Made by a program: the position numbers and the translations under genes. DNA of 62,175 bases, counting the filler. It is 5 parts of 5 records of this genome, joined end to end, with 100 filler letters (N's around TTAATTAATTAA, not from the genome) between each part and the next. Parts side by side here need not be neighbours in the genome. Positions count along the whole stretch, not along the records: positions 1 to 10,982 come from SRR31156797_3126; positions 11,083 to 42,259 come from SRR31156797_3133; 3 more parts are not named here. The stretch is one strand, 5' to 3'. This document shows, in pieces, positions 8,886 to 19,368 of the stretch. Within the stretch, counting starts at the first letter, position 1. Each line of letters opens with the position of its first letter. Below the pieces are notes generated by a model. That model was not told the origin of the DNA. It saw only the letters and a list, made by a program, of their open reading frames with translations, and searched no databases.

Positions 8886-10016
8886 ATGGAGGGTGAGATG
8901 TTGAAAAAAATTATAAAATTGAACATTTTTGCATTACTTTGCTCGGGTCTTGCGGGTTATGCGACATTATCTACAGCCCAAATGCTCGGCAGGATGTCCC
9001 CGGAAAGCCCCAAGTCCCTTGCCATCGGAAAAAACAGGATATTCTTTTTCAGCCAGGGCGCCCGTATTGTCGGAGACGTTTTTGTTCCGACGGATTACAA
9101 AAAAGACGAGACATTACCGGCGCTGATCATGGTTGCACCTGAAAGCGGGGTAAAGGAACAGTCACCGGGAAATTACGCAAAAAGGCTGTCCGAAAAAGGA
9201 TACATCACTTTGGCATTTGACCACAGGACCTATGGAGAAAGTGGTGGGCAGCCCAGGTCCCTGGAAGACCCATTCATGAAAACCGAAGACATCAAGAATG
9301 CAGTCAGTTTTATGCGGTCGCTTAAAGAAGTGGATAGAAACAGGGTCGGCGTTGTCGGCATCTGTGCCGGTGCCTGCTATGCCACCGCCGCTGCCGCATT
9401 TGATATTCGTATCAAGGGTGTGGCAACCGTCAGCGGTGTTTTCGATTTTATTGATTACAAGGCGCACGGAAAAACCGAATTTGCCAGAAAAAATTTTTCG
9501 CATCTGTTATCCCTTGCGGGGGATGCCAGACAAAAGTACTTTGAAACCGGGAAAATAGTTTACGAAAAAGGCGCTTTTTACGGTGAAGCGCCTGAGGATG
9601 AAAACAGGCTGAAAGAGCTGTTTCAAAACGCACCACCCGCCGGCAAGGCCGCACGAGTATTCTGGCAACGGGCGTATGATTATTACCACACCGCTTCTCG
9701 CGGACAAGTTCCAACCTGGCAGGATCAACGGTTGCTTTCGTCATTTGACACGCGCTTTGCCATTAACGCTACATCAACCATCCATCTGCTGTCGCCAAGA
9801 CCGTTTTTATCCATAAAAGGATCAAAGGCAATTTCAGGCGGTTTCAGCGACATTGCGTTTAAAAAGGCTGGTGAGCCGAAAGAAATTTTTATCATAGACG
9901 GTGCACATCATTTTGACTTGTATGACAATGATCGATATCTTGAACCGGTGGTTGAGAAACTGGCTTCATTTTTCACCGCCACGCTTAAATCATCGGAAGC
10001 AGCATGCAACAGTTAA
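8886..10016 (+). CDS. Exported alpha/beta hydrolase (YcjY-like, Cys nucleophile)
   Basis: GVKEQ, FDHRTYGESGGQPR, nucleophile elbow GICAG, GAHHFDLYD; N-terminal signal peptide. Confidence 0.85.
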   Translation: MEGEMLKKIIKLNIFALLCSGLAGYATLSTAQMLGRMSPESPKSLAIGKNRIFFFSQGARIVGDVFVPTDYKKDETLPALIMVAPESGVKEQSPGNYAKRLSEKGYITLAFDHRTYGESGGQPRSLEDPFMKTEDIKNAVSFMRSLKEVDRNRVGVVGICAGACYATAAAAFDIRIKGVATVSGVFDFIDYKAHGKTEFARKNFSHLLSLAGDARQKYFETGKIVYEKGAFYGEAPEDENRLKELFQNAPPAGKAARVFWQRAYDYYHTASRGQVPTWQDQRLLSSFDTRFAINATSTIHLLSPRPFLSIKGSKAISGGFSDIAFKKAGEPKEIFIIDGAHHFDLYDNDRYLEPVVEKLASFFTATLKSSEAACNS

Positions 10017-10071
10017 CTTGGTTTGGCCGCATCCGAATTCGTATGGTATTATTAGTATTAGGGAAAAACAA

Positions 10072-10982
10072 ATGCAAGACGTTCCTGCAATCCTAGCCAT
10101 AAAACTGGCGCCTTTGCTCGATATCATGAAAGAGCGCGGAATAAATCATGATGCCTTCCTGGATTCCGTTGAGATCAATCCAGCGCTGTTTTACTCTCAC
10201 CATAAGAAACTCACTGTTAACCAGGTTTTCAGGTTACTCAAAACTGCCGTCGAAGTGACCGGCGATGATGATATTGGTTTGTATATTGGAGAAAGACTTA
10301 CGTTTTTGCCCAATATCGTATGTTACATCATGATGAACTGTCTCACCCTTGGCGACGCGATGAAGAAATATTCTCATTATAAGGACATCTTCAGCGAAGA
10401 CGACAGGGTTATGATATCCGTTAAGGATAATACGGCGATGCTTGAAATGTCCTCGGGCAGTCGCCTTTTGTCCGGCTTCAGGCCCTTATCTGATTCCAAG
10501 CTGCTTTCCATGTACCGCTTTCTTCATGCCATCAGCGGAAAAAATTTGAAACTGACGGGTGTCCGGTTTGCGCATCATGCGCCGCAAGCGCTTCTGGAAT
10601 ATGACCGCCTGTTTCCCTGTCCCGTCCATTTTGACACGGGTTTGGACGCGCTATTGTTCACAAAAGACTCACTCAATACTCCCGTTGCCTATCCAAATAA
10701 AGAATTGCTAGCCATGTTTGAAAAGCAGGCCCGAGAGATTCTAGACAGAATTTCGAAGGATGAATCCTTTTCCAGGAGCGTTGGCGTCTTGCTCACCAAA
10801 ATGCTGCAAGGCGCTACAATTCCTTCCATTGAATTGGTGGCGAGAAAACTAAATATGAGCGTCCGAAAGCTGCAAATGCTTTTGGATGAGGAAAAGACCA
10901 GTTATAAACAATTGTTCAGCGCCATTCGCAGAGAGCTGGCCATTATCTATCTAGACGACAGGCAGATATCCCTTGCCGAGAT
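10072..10982 (+). CDS. AraC-family regulator (OruR-like N-terminal sensor domain), truncated by contig end
   Basis: HTH region ELVARKLNMSVRKLQMLLDEEKTSY...RRELAIIYL. The start is placed at ATG 10072 because 9901 overlaps the hydrolase. Confidence 0.85.
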
Positions 10983-11082
10983 NNNNNNNNNNNNNNNNNN
11001 NNNNNNNNNNNNNNNNNNNNNNNNNNTTAATTAATTAANNNNNNNNNNNNNNNNNNNNNNNNNNNNNNNNNNNNNNNNNNNN
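10983..11082. other. Artificial contig spacer
   Basis: 100 nt: N-run, TTAATTAATTAA (stops in all six frames), N-run. Confidence 0.98.
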
Positions 11083-11115
11083 ATCTGACGTTCTATTCAG
11101 CTGAACTACGGAGCC
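11083..11115 (-). tRNA. tRNA 5' half, probably tRNA-Arg, cut before the anticodon by the contig end
   Basis: Minus strand GGCTCCGTAGTTCAGCTGAATAGAACGTCAGAT gives acceptor 5' strand, D-arm and anticodon stem 5' strand. TAACTTTG promoter element at 11127-11134. Confidence 0.75.
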
Positions 11116-11131
11116 ATTAAGGGCTGCAAAG

Positions 11132-13120
11132 TTAATAAATTTCGTTGAATGTGTAAAAAACAGCAGGTATATTCTCTTTGACCTCCCAATTATCATTTTC
11201 CATCCGTAAACTGTAATCTTGAATGATAGCGTTTAATTTCTGAATCATCGGTTTTCTGGCAGTATTAACTAAATTCAATAAATTAAACTCTAATTGACGA
11301 TCAATTTGATAATTATAAAATCCAACAGGTTGTTTGCCATCATACTGCAATAAATACTCTCCTTCAATAAATTGATACACATTATTGAGGTAATTCACCG
11401 CAAATGACTCATTATTCTTAAAAACAGAATTGCCTTGTGACACCAATTCAATTTCGAGTCCTAAATAATCAATCACCGATGGTAAAATATCTATTTGTTG
11501 TGCCACCCTTTCCTGTTGACCTTTTAATGTTGAATCACCCGGTGCATAAAACACCAACGGGATACGGTAATTCTGCAATGTATTACCAAATTCTGCTGTA
11601 TATGATTTACCTGTGTGATCAGCAGTTAGTACAAATAATGTGTTTTTATACCAATCGTGTTTTTGTGCTTCTTTAAAAAACATACGTAACGAATGGTCTG
11701 CATAAGCAATTGTGCGCAGCATTGGAATTGGACCTTCAGGAAAAGTATCTTTATATCGTTCAGGTATTGTATAAGGATGGTGTGAAGATATTGTAAATAT
11801 GCCAGTCATGAACGGTTCTTGTATCGAATCTAAATCACGGGCAAAAAACTGCAAAAACCTCTCGTCTTCTATACCCCAATTCCCATCAAACCCATCATTA
11901 TAAGGGTACTGATTCATTCCCTTATAGATATCAAATCCATTTTGCAGGGTAAATTGCTCAAAACCCATTGACCCATTAGCTGCACCGTGATAAAAAGAAG
12001 TATGGTATCCAAAATCTTTCAATATACTTCCAATTGAGGTAAAATGGTTTCCACTGTAATCGGAAGTAATTACCGGATTTGTCATTAATGCAGGTACACC
12101 ACACATAATTGACGGAACAGCTTCAATTGATTTTTTGCCATTTGCAAAAGCGTTTGTAAAATATAATCCTTCCTGCATCAAACTATCTAAAAATGGGGTA
12201 TATCCCTTTTCTAGTCCGGAAAGATGTGCACTATATTCTGCAGAAAAACTCTCAAGTATAATAACCACGACATTACTTGTGCGGACTTGATCTTGCGCAT
12301 AAAATTGTTTATTTGAAAATGACTTATAAAAATCATTATTAGTATGATTCATACTATTTGAGGCCATACTCTCACCTCCTGCACTCTCCATTATACAAAA
12401 AGGTGTGTTGAGCACAATTGGAATATTTTCAATTCTTTGGGTAAATTTTACGGCATCTCCCATATTCAGGAAACCGTCTATTTTACCTTTTCCAATCATT
12501 GCGAGAATACCAATAATTAAAAATGTAATGATTCGCTCTAGTAGCCTTGCGGTTTTTTTGGCTCTTTTGGGAATTACAATGTTACGATCTTTTGGATACA
12601 ACCAAATTAACAATATCATAAATGTCATCCATATTAATGCCAGGTACCAAAAACTACCTACAAACATGGGTATCATGTTTACGATATCGTTGCCAACACC
12701 AGCCAGTAGAAACATATCAAATGTTGAACGTTTATGTGTAAAGTCAAAGTATTCTGAATCAACCAAATTAAGCCCCAACAGTAAGCCATTGAGAATCAAA
12801 TACAAAATAAATATTAATCGTTCTGCATTAAAAGTATATTTATAATCACCCGGCCAAAGGTGAATTAGAACAATTAACCACTGTGTTCTTAATACCAACG
12901 TCATATCAAACCTGAACCCACCCCAAATCATATATAGGAAATCGCTGAAAGAAGCTATATGAAAAACGCTCCAATTAGCTAGTATAAATACAAGACGCGA
13001 TAAAGTAAGAATTAAAGTTGCTAGTAGAAGTCGTTTTATTAGAAGGGGTATTTTGCCTGGTATCCGATTTATTATGGGAAGTTTTTGATCAATTAGCTGG
13101 TTACTAACCAATGTTGCCAT
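11132..13120 (-). CDS. LTA synthase-family sulfatase / phosphoglycerol transferase-like membrane protein
   Basis: N-terminal TM helices (GGFRFD), NVVVIILESF, TISSHHPY, TADH. Confidence 0.9.
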   Translation of the reverse strand: MATLVSNQLIDQKLPIINRIPGKIPLLIKRLLLATLILTLSRLVFILANWSVFHIASFSDFLYMIWGGFRFDMTLVLRTQWLIVLIHLWPGDYKYTFNAERLIFILYLILNGLLLGLNLVDSEYFDFTHKRSTFDMFLLAGVGNDIVNMIPMFVGSFWYLALIWMTFMILLIWLYPKDRNIVIPKRAKKTARLLERIITFLIIGILAMIGKGKIDGFLNMGDAVKFTQRIENIPIVLNTPFCIMESAGGESMASNSMNHTNNDFYKSFSNKQFYAQDQVRTSNVVVIILESFSAEYSAHLSGLEKGYTPFLDSLMQEGLYFTNAFANGKKSIEAVPSIMCGVPALMTNPVITSDYSGNHFTSIGSILKDFGYHTSFYHGAANGSMGFEQFTLQNGFDIYKGMNQYPYNDGFDGNWGIEDERFLQFFARDLDSIQEPFMTGIFTISSHHPYTIPERYKDTFPEGPIPMLRTIAYADHSLRMFFKEAQKHDWYKNTLFVLTADHTGKSYTAEFGNTLQNYRIPLVFYAPGDSTLKGQQERVAQQIDILPSVIDYLGLEIELVSQGNSVFKNNESFAVNYLNNVYQFIEGEYLLQYDGKQPVGFYNYQIDRQLEFNLLNLVNTARKPMIQKLNAIIQDYSLRMENDNWEVKENIPAVFYTFNEIY

Positions 13121-13254
13121 TTACAATTGCTTTTGATACATTACTTGTATAAAGATCATACTGCAATGCAAACTAAATTTAAAACCGATGTTAGGAAATC
13201 GCTAACTATTGAGCGATCTCCTTTAATAGGTTAATTTTTTATTAAATCAATTGA

Positions 13255-15024
13255 TTATTTATGTTGAAGTATCCTCCTCACCGGATAAACATTTTTCTTA
13301 CTATCCCAATACGGTGTTCTTTGGTAAAACCAGTTAAGTTGTGCCCATGAACTATTTTTGACTCCTGGATTTTCTTCCACAAATTGATCAAATTCCTTTT
13401 TCAAATCCGGGTCTTTCTCCATCATTTCCCTGGCCATTACTTCCATCACATAAGTTTCAGAATACTCTTTTTGTTCAAATATGGCATCAAAAAATCCCCA
13501 TTGCAAAAATGAGTCAGGACTGCGAGGTTCCAGCATCCAGGCTATTAAACGTGCGTTAGGCTGGCTCATTGAAACATAAATATCTCCTCTTGAGAATGTT
13601 AATATATCTTTTTGGATATCCAAATTAAAATCTGCCACACGCATTCTCCCTTCATATGGCATATTGCTCCATTTTACATTTTTAAAGTGATAAGTCTCTG
13701 ATTGAAATTCTCTATCTTTATCTAATGACTCCATTTGAATACCATGCAGCTTCATTCTTTCAATAACTGTATTCCATTCTTTAGGAATGATATATGCTTC
13801 AGGCAACATTGCTTCATATTCAGCTTCCGGATAATGATAATATGGTAATTTAAATGTAGTTGGTTTATCTGTGTGGTATTGAAACCAGTCTCCACCGGTT
13901 AAATCACTTTTTACTATATCATACTCCACTCCCATAAATTCGACAGTATCAGCTTTTTCAGTTCTCCTATACGCTACAGCATAAGGTCCGCTCTCTCTAA
14001 AATCTTTCGAAGCTGCATATTGATCTGCTTTGGAAATAAGTTTTCTGAGACTTTCACCCTCATCATTTAAATTCTCCATAGTCAACTCAATCATTTTCTT
14101 AGTAGCCAGAACTCTTTGTTTGTATGGTTTGAGCATATGTGTTTCAATAAGCAAACCTGGTCTGTTACGTAATGCAGTATAACCCTGTGATAACATTGGT
14201 CTGCCTGGCATGGAATACAGACCACTCCTTGGATCATGCCAACGTCTAAATGATACATAAGGAAATATCGGGTTTTGAGAAGCATACATTTCTTTCTCAA
14301 CAAATGGAAGATAGCTTTCTTTTTGCCAGGTTGTTAATCCATCGTCCATATTGCCCATTGTCTCTAACATATAAGTAATCACATATTGATAATCTGCGCC
14401 ATCAGTTGTGTGGCAATCAATAAAGAAATCCGGATTCCAGTGATTAAACATTTTTAACCAGGCTTGCATTGCCGGCGCATCGGCTTTAACAAAATCACGA
14501 TTTAAATTTAAGTTCTGTGCATTGGTACGCCATCCCATTTCAACCGGACCATTTTGATTGATACGATTATATGGTCCAAAACGGTTCATACCATCTGCAT
14601 TAACTGCTGGTGCAAACAAAATACTTACATTTTCAAGAAATTTTTGATTTTCTCCATTAACCAATTCTTTTAAAAGCAACATCATAGCATCATTTCCATC
14701 TGGTTCTCCCGGATGAATATTTGCTTCTACCAATAAAATAGTCCGATTTGTTGCTTTAATTTCTTTTGGATTAGACAAACCATCCCTGTCAACAATCAAT
14801 AAGGGTAAATTATATCCTTGAGAACTTTGACCATAAACTTCATATTGAATAATTGAAGACACATTAGAAATCTCTTCAACAAAAGAAACTGTTTCATCAT
14901 AGGTGGCTGTCTTCAAACCGTCAGAAGCTTCAAATGGCAAAACAGTGTCAAACCTCTCATCTGACTTTTGAGTACATGAACTGACAACAAAAACGAAGGA
15001 AATTAATATAGAAATACGTATCAT
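13255..15024 (-). CDS. M14 zinc carboxypeptidase, lipoprotein
   Basis: Lipobox VVSSC, IHPGE, NLNLNRD, DCHTTDG. Confidence 0.9.
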   Translation of the reverse strand: MIRISILISFVFVVSSCTQKSDERFDTVLPFEASDGLKTATYDETVSFVEEISNVSSIIQYEVYGQSSQGYNLPLLIVDRDGLSNPKEIKATNRTILLVEANIHPGEPDGNDAMMLLLKELVNGENQKFLENVSILFAPAVNADGMNRFGPYNRINQNGPVEMGWRTNAQNLNLNRDFVKADAPAMQAWLKMFNHWNPDFFIDCHTTDGADYQYVITYMLETMGNMDDGLTTWQKESYLPFVEKEMYASQNPIFPYVSFRRWHDPRSGLYSMPGRPMLSQGYTALRNRPGLLIETHMLKPYKQRVLATKKMIELTMENLNDEGESLRKLISKADQYAASKDFRESGPYAVAYRRTEKADTVEFMGVEYDIVKSDLTGGDWFQYHTDKPTTFKLPYYHYPEAEYEAMLPEAYIIPKEWNTVIERMKLHGIQMESLDKDREFQSETYHFKNVKWSNMPYEGRMRVADFNLDIQKDILTFSRGDIYVSMSQPNARLIAWMLEPRSPDSFLQWGFFDAIFEQKEYSETYVMEVMAREMMEKDPDLKKEFDQFVEENPGVKNSSWAQLNWFYQRTPYWDSKKNVYPVRRILQHK

Positions 15025-15185
15025 TTTTTATGTTAAAAATACACAAGTTCTGAAAATACCTGAAATTAAATTCAAAAATGTCCCATTACGAACAAGTTTA
15101 AATAACATCCATTTAACAAAAGAAATTATGATCTATTATTTGAACGATTTAAATTTACATTTCAATACTGCTTTAACCCCTACAA

Positions 15186-15920
15186 ATGAAAAAAACATTA
15201 CAGCTCATTACTGATGAAATAATAGCATCTTTAAGGGAATTCAAAGATGAGAAAAGGCGTGAAATGGCTAAATCTAATCATCCCACACGATTAGAAATTA
15301 TTGGTGTTACAAATCCAAATACTAAAAAAGTATTAGCCGAATTAAGAATAATTGTGAAAAATTGGAGCAATGAAGAAAAGAAGGCAATGATGTTCCATTT
15401 GGTCCATACTGACATCTTTGAATGCCATCTACTGGCATATTACTTTTTAGAAAAAGACAAAACGCTGCTTAAAAGCCTATCATTTGATGAAACAAAAAAA
15501 CTAGCCGTATCTCTAGACAATTGGGTACTTGTTGATACATACAGTACTTTTATTCTAGGTTATTTATGGAATTTGGGGATTATAAAAGATGAATATATCC
15601 ACAGCTTATTAAAATCAGATAATGTTTGGCTACGACGTGTAGCAGTAGTATCAACCGTTGCTCTCAATCAAACCGCCAGAGGAGGAACAGGTGACACACT
15701 GCGCACAATTGCTGTTTGCGAAAAAGTAGTTCAAGAAAAACACCATATGATATTTAAAGCCCTATCATGGGCGCTAAGGGCTCTGATTAAAACAGACAGA
15801 GAAGCTGTTAGAGGTTTTCTTCTTGACCACGAATTAAAACTACACAATCAAGTTAAAAGAGAAGTGTGGAATAAATTAAAAACAGGTTTGAAAAATCCTG
15901 AGAAAAAGCTTAAAAATTGA
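15186..15920 (+). CDS. DNA alkylation repair protein (AlkD-like HEAT repeats)
   Basis: LDNWVLVD, NVWLRR, KALSWALR, KREVWNKLKTG. Confidence 0.85.
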   Translation: MKKTLQLITDEIIASLREFKDEKRREMAKSNHPTRLEIIGVTNPNTKKVLAELRIIVKNWSNEEKKAMMFHLVHTDIFECHLLAYYFLEKDKTLLKSLSFDETKKLAVSLDNWVLVDTYSTFILGYLWNLGIIKDEYIHSLLKSDNVWLRRVAVVSTVALNQTARGGTGDTLRTIAVCEKVVQEKHHMIFKALSWALRALIKTDREAVRGFLLDHELKLHNQVKREVWNKLKTGLKNPEKKLKN

Positions 15921-18231
15921 CATAAAGCTTTAAAAACAAATGTCTCTCATATTGTGGTATTCTGGATGCATAATAACTTCCATTTGCACTTCGCACTCCA
16001 GGATGATAATACTTTTCATTTAAAATATTATTGGCTACCAATTGAACAGTCATTTCCTTATAGAAATTATATGATATTGCTCCATTTAAAACAAAATATG
16101 GATCAATTTTATTTAATGGATTAGTTGATATTGTAGTCTCTGCTCCTGTGGGCTTTTCTCCAACCCAATTCGTTCTTAAATTCACATTTAGTTTTGAGAA
16201 AAATTGCGCATTAACTCCAGCATTAATCTGATGACTAGCAATATCCCCTATTCGAATATGCTCACCTTTCTGAGTATTGTAAGGCAGGGTGTATGTATAA
16301 TTTAAATATAAAGAATAGTTTTTGTATTTATAGTTGATATTACTCATTAACCCTTTTATATCAAGCGATCCCACAGGTTGGTGTTGGGTTGTATTAATGG
16401 TATCTCCTGCTTCATTCACATAATCAACTTGCGCTGTACCTATAACGTCGCTATATACTGAATTATAAAAATTCACATCCACAAGCAGGTTTTCATTGAT
16501 TTGCCAGGCTGCACTAAACTCTGTGTTTTGAACTCTTTCTGGTTGAAGTGTTGGGTTATTTAATAATCGACCGGGAGTTGTGCCATATTTTGTCCAAAAA
16601 CCTGCATCTTTAAATGCTTCAGAGTAAATACCCTTAAAAATAAAATCCGCTGGTGAAAAAATTACGGCAACTTTAGGATTAAAAACATATCCATATCCTC
16701 CGCTTATTCGTATTGTATTATGATCTAGTCTACCTCCACCAATCAAACTTAGATTATCAAAAGGTGTATAACGAATTTGTGAGAAAATACCAATATCAGT
16801 ACTATAAAAATGATTTCCTCCATCGATCATAAGCGGCAAAGCGTGATCTTCTGCATCTTTATTGGTTGATACAACATATTGTCCTTGAATATGACTTTGT
16901 CTATACTCAAGACCTCCAATTATGTTCAATTTTTCAGATGGCTTATAAAAAATCTTAAGTTCGGTACGCAACTGCTGACTATAGGCATGATAAAAGGTTC
17001 GTTGCCATTCGGGATTTTTATTAAGGTAATTAATAGTTGTATCTAACTGATTTAAATCATTATTATAGGTAATGACCGTGTCCGGCTGCTGCATTAAATT
17101 ATTTAAACCCAGCATACCATTGAAGTATCCAGCATAAAAATACTCTTCGTTATTATGGCCAGTTAACTTGTGAACTTTAAATCTTGTAAAACTTGAAAAA
17201 GATAGTTTATCGGTTATTTCACCATCATATCGAGCATAAAGGTGTGTATTATTTGGTCCCCACGTACCTCCATGCTTTGGCCCAAGCTCAAAGTCATCAC
17301 GATACCAACCACCATAACCTTCAGAAATCTCATAAGTTTGAAAACCAAATTCAAATCCTTTGACATTCATTTTTCCATTTAAATACCAGTCTTTTGTAGT
17401 ATTACTATATTCTGGTTTACTATTTAAAATGGGATCATTATAATAAAATTGTTGATCCAAAGACATAGCCTCGGCAATCAAATCCGGATCATTTGTACCT
17501 AACAACTCACTATAATAATCTTCATCATACTTGCTTAAATTATAATCCCAATCTTCATAATTCGACAAATCCATTTCATCACTAAAATAATACCTGCCGG
17601 TAATCTGAATACTGGCATCTTTATATTTTCCAGCTGCAGTGACATCTGCAAAGTAAGTATTCCATGTACCTCCTCCAACTTCTCCTGTTACACCAAAGGC
17701 ATTATCTTCTAAAAACGCTGCATTGTCCTTAGTAATAATGCTGACTACACCTGCAAATGCATTTGCGCCGTACATGGTTGAAGACGGTCCGTAAATAATT
17801 TCAATACGGTCAATATTACTTAATGCGTGCTGACGACTTATCCACGCACTGTTACTCCATAAATCATTCACTTCTACACCATCAACCAAAACTAAAGTCC
17901 TATCGGTATTATTGGATCGATAACCTCTCTGGTAAATTTGTGAATATTCTGTCCCATAACCTCTTGAAATATCAAACCCAGGAAGATCATGAAAAACTTG
18001 CTCTAAATCTGTATAGCCTCTTTGCTTTAGGGTTTCAGCTTGTAGTACAATTATACTTTGAGGTGCTTTTGATAAACTTTCGGATATTTTACTTACTGAA
18101 GTAACTTCGATTTCCATTAAATCTTCTAAAGTAAGGTCTTTATAGAGTCTGATAAGTGCACTATCAGCCTGCTGAGCAAAAAGCAAAGTGCTAGAATAAA
18201 AGAATATAAAGCAAAGAATCAATCGTCTCAT
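15910..18231 (-). CDS. TonB-dependent receptor
   Basis: Signal peptide, plug motif IDRIEIIYGPSSTMYGANAFAGVV, C-terminal Phe. Confidence 0.92.
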   Translation of the reverse strand: MRRLILCFIFFYSSTLLFAQQADSALIRLYKDLTLEDLMEIEVTSVSKISESLSKAPQSIIVLQAETLKQRGYTDLEQVFHDLPGFDISRGYGTEYSQIYQRGYRSNNTDRTLVLVDGVEVNDLWSNSAWISRQHALSNIDRIEIIYGPSSTMYGANAFAGVVSIITKDNAAFLEDNAFGVTGEVGGGTWNTYFADVTAAGKYKDASIQITGRYYFSDEMDLSNYEDWDYNLSKYDEDYYSELLGTNDPDLIAEAMSLDQQFYYNDPILNSKPEYSNTTKDWYLNGKMNVKGFEFGFQTYEISEGYGGWYRDDFELGPKHGGTWGPNNTHLYARYDGEITDKLSFSSFTRFKVHKLTGHNNEEYFYAGYFNGMLGLNNLMQQPDTVITYNNDLNQLDTTINYLNKNPEWQRTFYHAYSQQLRTELKIFYKPSEKLNIIGGLEYRQSHIQGQYVVSTNKDAEDHALPLMIDGGNHFYSTDIGIFSQIRYTPFDNLSLIGGGRLDHNTIRISGGYGYVFNPKVAVIFSPADFIFKGIYSEAFKDAGFWTKYGTTPGRLLNNPTLQPERVQNTEFSAAWQINENLLVDVNFYNSVYSDVIGTAQVDYVNEAGDTINTTQHQPVGSLDIKGLMSNINYKYKNYSLYLNYTYTLPYNTQKGEHIRIGDIASHQINAGVNAQFFSKLNVNLRTNWVGEKPTGAETTISTNPLNKIDPYFVLNGAISYNFYKEMTVQLVANNILNEKYYHPGVRSANGSYYASRIPQYERHLFLKLYVNF

Positions 18232-18427
18232 TTCAAATACCTATTAACCATTAATGTTAATGAATATACTTCTTTTTCAACGAATTTGATAAATTTAAGT
18301 TCCAAATTCAAGAGCAATTCAATAATTCCCAGTATGGTTAAAAGATACGAATTAATCCTCAAATAAAAGCCAGAAATAAAATTGAATGGTTGGAAAAATA
18401 GTTATTTAACGTAAAGAGTAAGGTTGA

Positions 18428-19228
18428 CTAATCTTCAACTTTTTGAATAATTTTGGCTCCTCCTTCAAAGCGCACTGAACCCGCGCCAGATTCTTTGATG
18501 TAAATTTCATCAGAAACAAACATACGAGCATCACCAGCACCACTGACTTCAACAGTAGCTTTTCTTACCTTGAAACCCAAACCATGAAAGTCGCTTCCGC
18601 CGGAACAATTTACGATACATGTTTCAGCACTACCAATTACATCTGCATCTGCGCCTCCGGACAATGTAAATCCTGAATATTCGGCATTTTTCACGGTTAA
18701 CTCAGCATCACTTCCACCAGAGCCAGAAAAAATAATTTTCTCACCCTTAAAATTCAAATCCAAATCAGCACCACCGCTCACTTCAACAACAATTGAATTG
18801 GCCTCAACACCAACTTTAGCATCACTTCCACCTGACATTCTGATAAGAAAATCATCTGACTTTACTTTGTTTTCAAATATTACATCTGTTCCACCTGAAG
18901 CATCCAGAGCATCTAAATACTTATAGGTAATAAAAACCTTTAATGCTTTATATTTCCAAAAGTTCTTTCTTGAAGTAATTTTTAGCAAATCTCCTTCATT
19001 TTTCACCACAATATGAGGGATAAGATTTTCATCAGCCAAAACACGTACTGATGGCTCATTACCTTTTTTTATGTAAACATCAAAACCACTACCAACATTA
19101 ATTCCCTTAAAGTCAGAAATTTCATACATTTTTTCTTTGACCTTACCATTTCCTTTCATCCCATTTGGGATAAATTCACAACTATTGAATAAAAATGCAG
19201 CTACGATCAATAAAATGAAGTTTTTCAT
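18428..19228 (-). CDS. GIN / DUF2807 beta-helix lipoprotein
   Basis: Lipobox LFNSC, GNGKV, ADENLIPHI, repeated SGG(S/A)D units. Confidence 0.85.
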   Translation of the reverse strand: MKNFILLIVAAFLFNSCEFIPNGMKGNGKVKEKMYEISDFKGINVGSGFDVYIKKGNEPSVRVLADENLIPHIVVKNEGDLLKITSRKNFWKYKALKVFITYKYLDALDASGGTDVIFENKVKSDDFLIRMSGGSDAKVGVEANSIVVEVSGGADLDLNFKGEKIIFSGSGGSDAELTVKNAEYSGFTLSGGADADVIGSAETCIVNCSGGSDFHGLGFKVRKATVEVSGAGDARMFVSDEIYIKESGAGSVRFEGGAKIIQKVED

Positions 19229-19284
19229 AATTTAGGTTTTAGTTAGTAGTAAGATTTCTATAAATCATTTTTTATAAAGATAAA

Positions 19285-19325
19285 ATCAAAGCACCGAAAT
19301 TCAAAACAAAAATCGGAGCTTTGAT
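19285..19325 (-). terminator. Hairpin between the two GIN genes
   Basis: ATCAAAGCACCGA...TCGGAGCTTTGAT, T-rich downstream on the minus strand. Confidence 0.4.
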
Positions 19326-19368
19326 CACACTAAAATAAGCTATTGTATTTATTTAATAGCAATTAAAT

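Noticed and set aside
9901..10071. Longer N-terminus for the AraC regulator
   Set aside because: Overlaps the hydrolase 3' end; ATG 10072 gives a normal domain start
11027..11038. TTAATTAATTAA occurring four times as a biological repeat
   Set aside because: Always centred in a 100-nt N spacer; it is a synthetic six-frame stop linker
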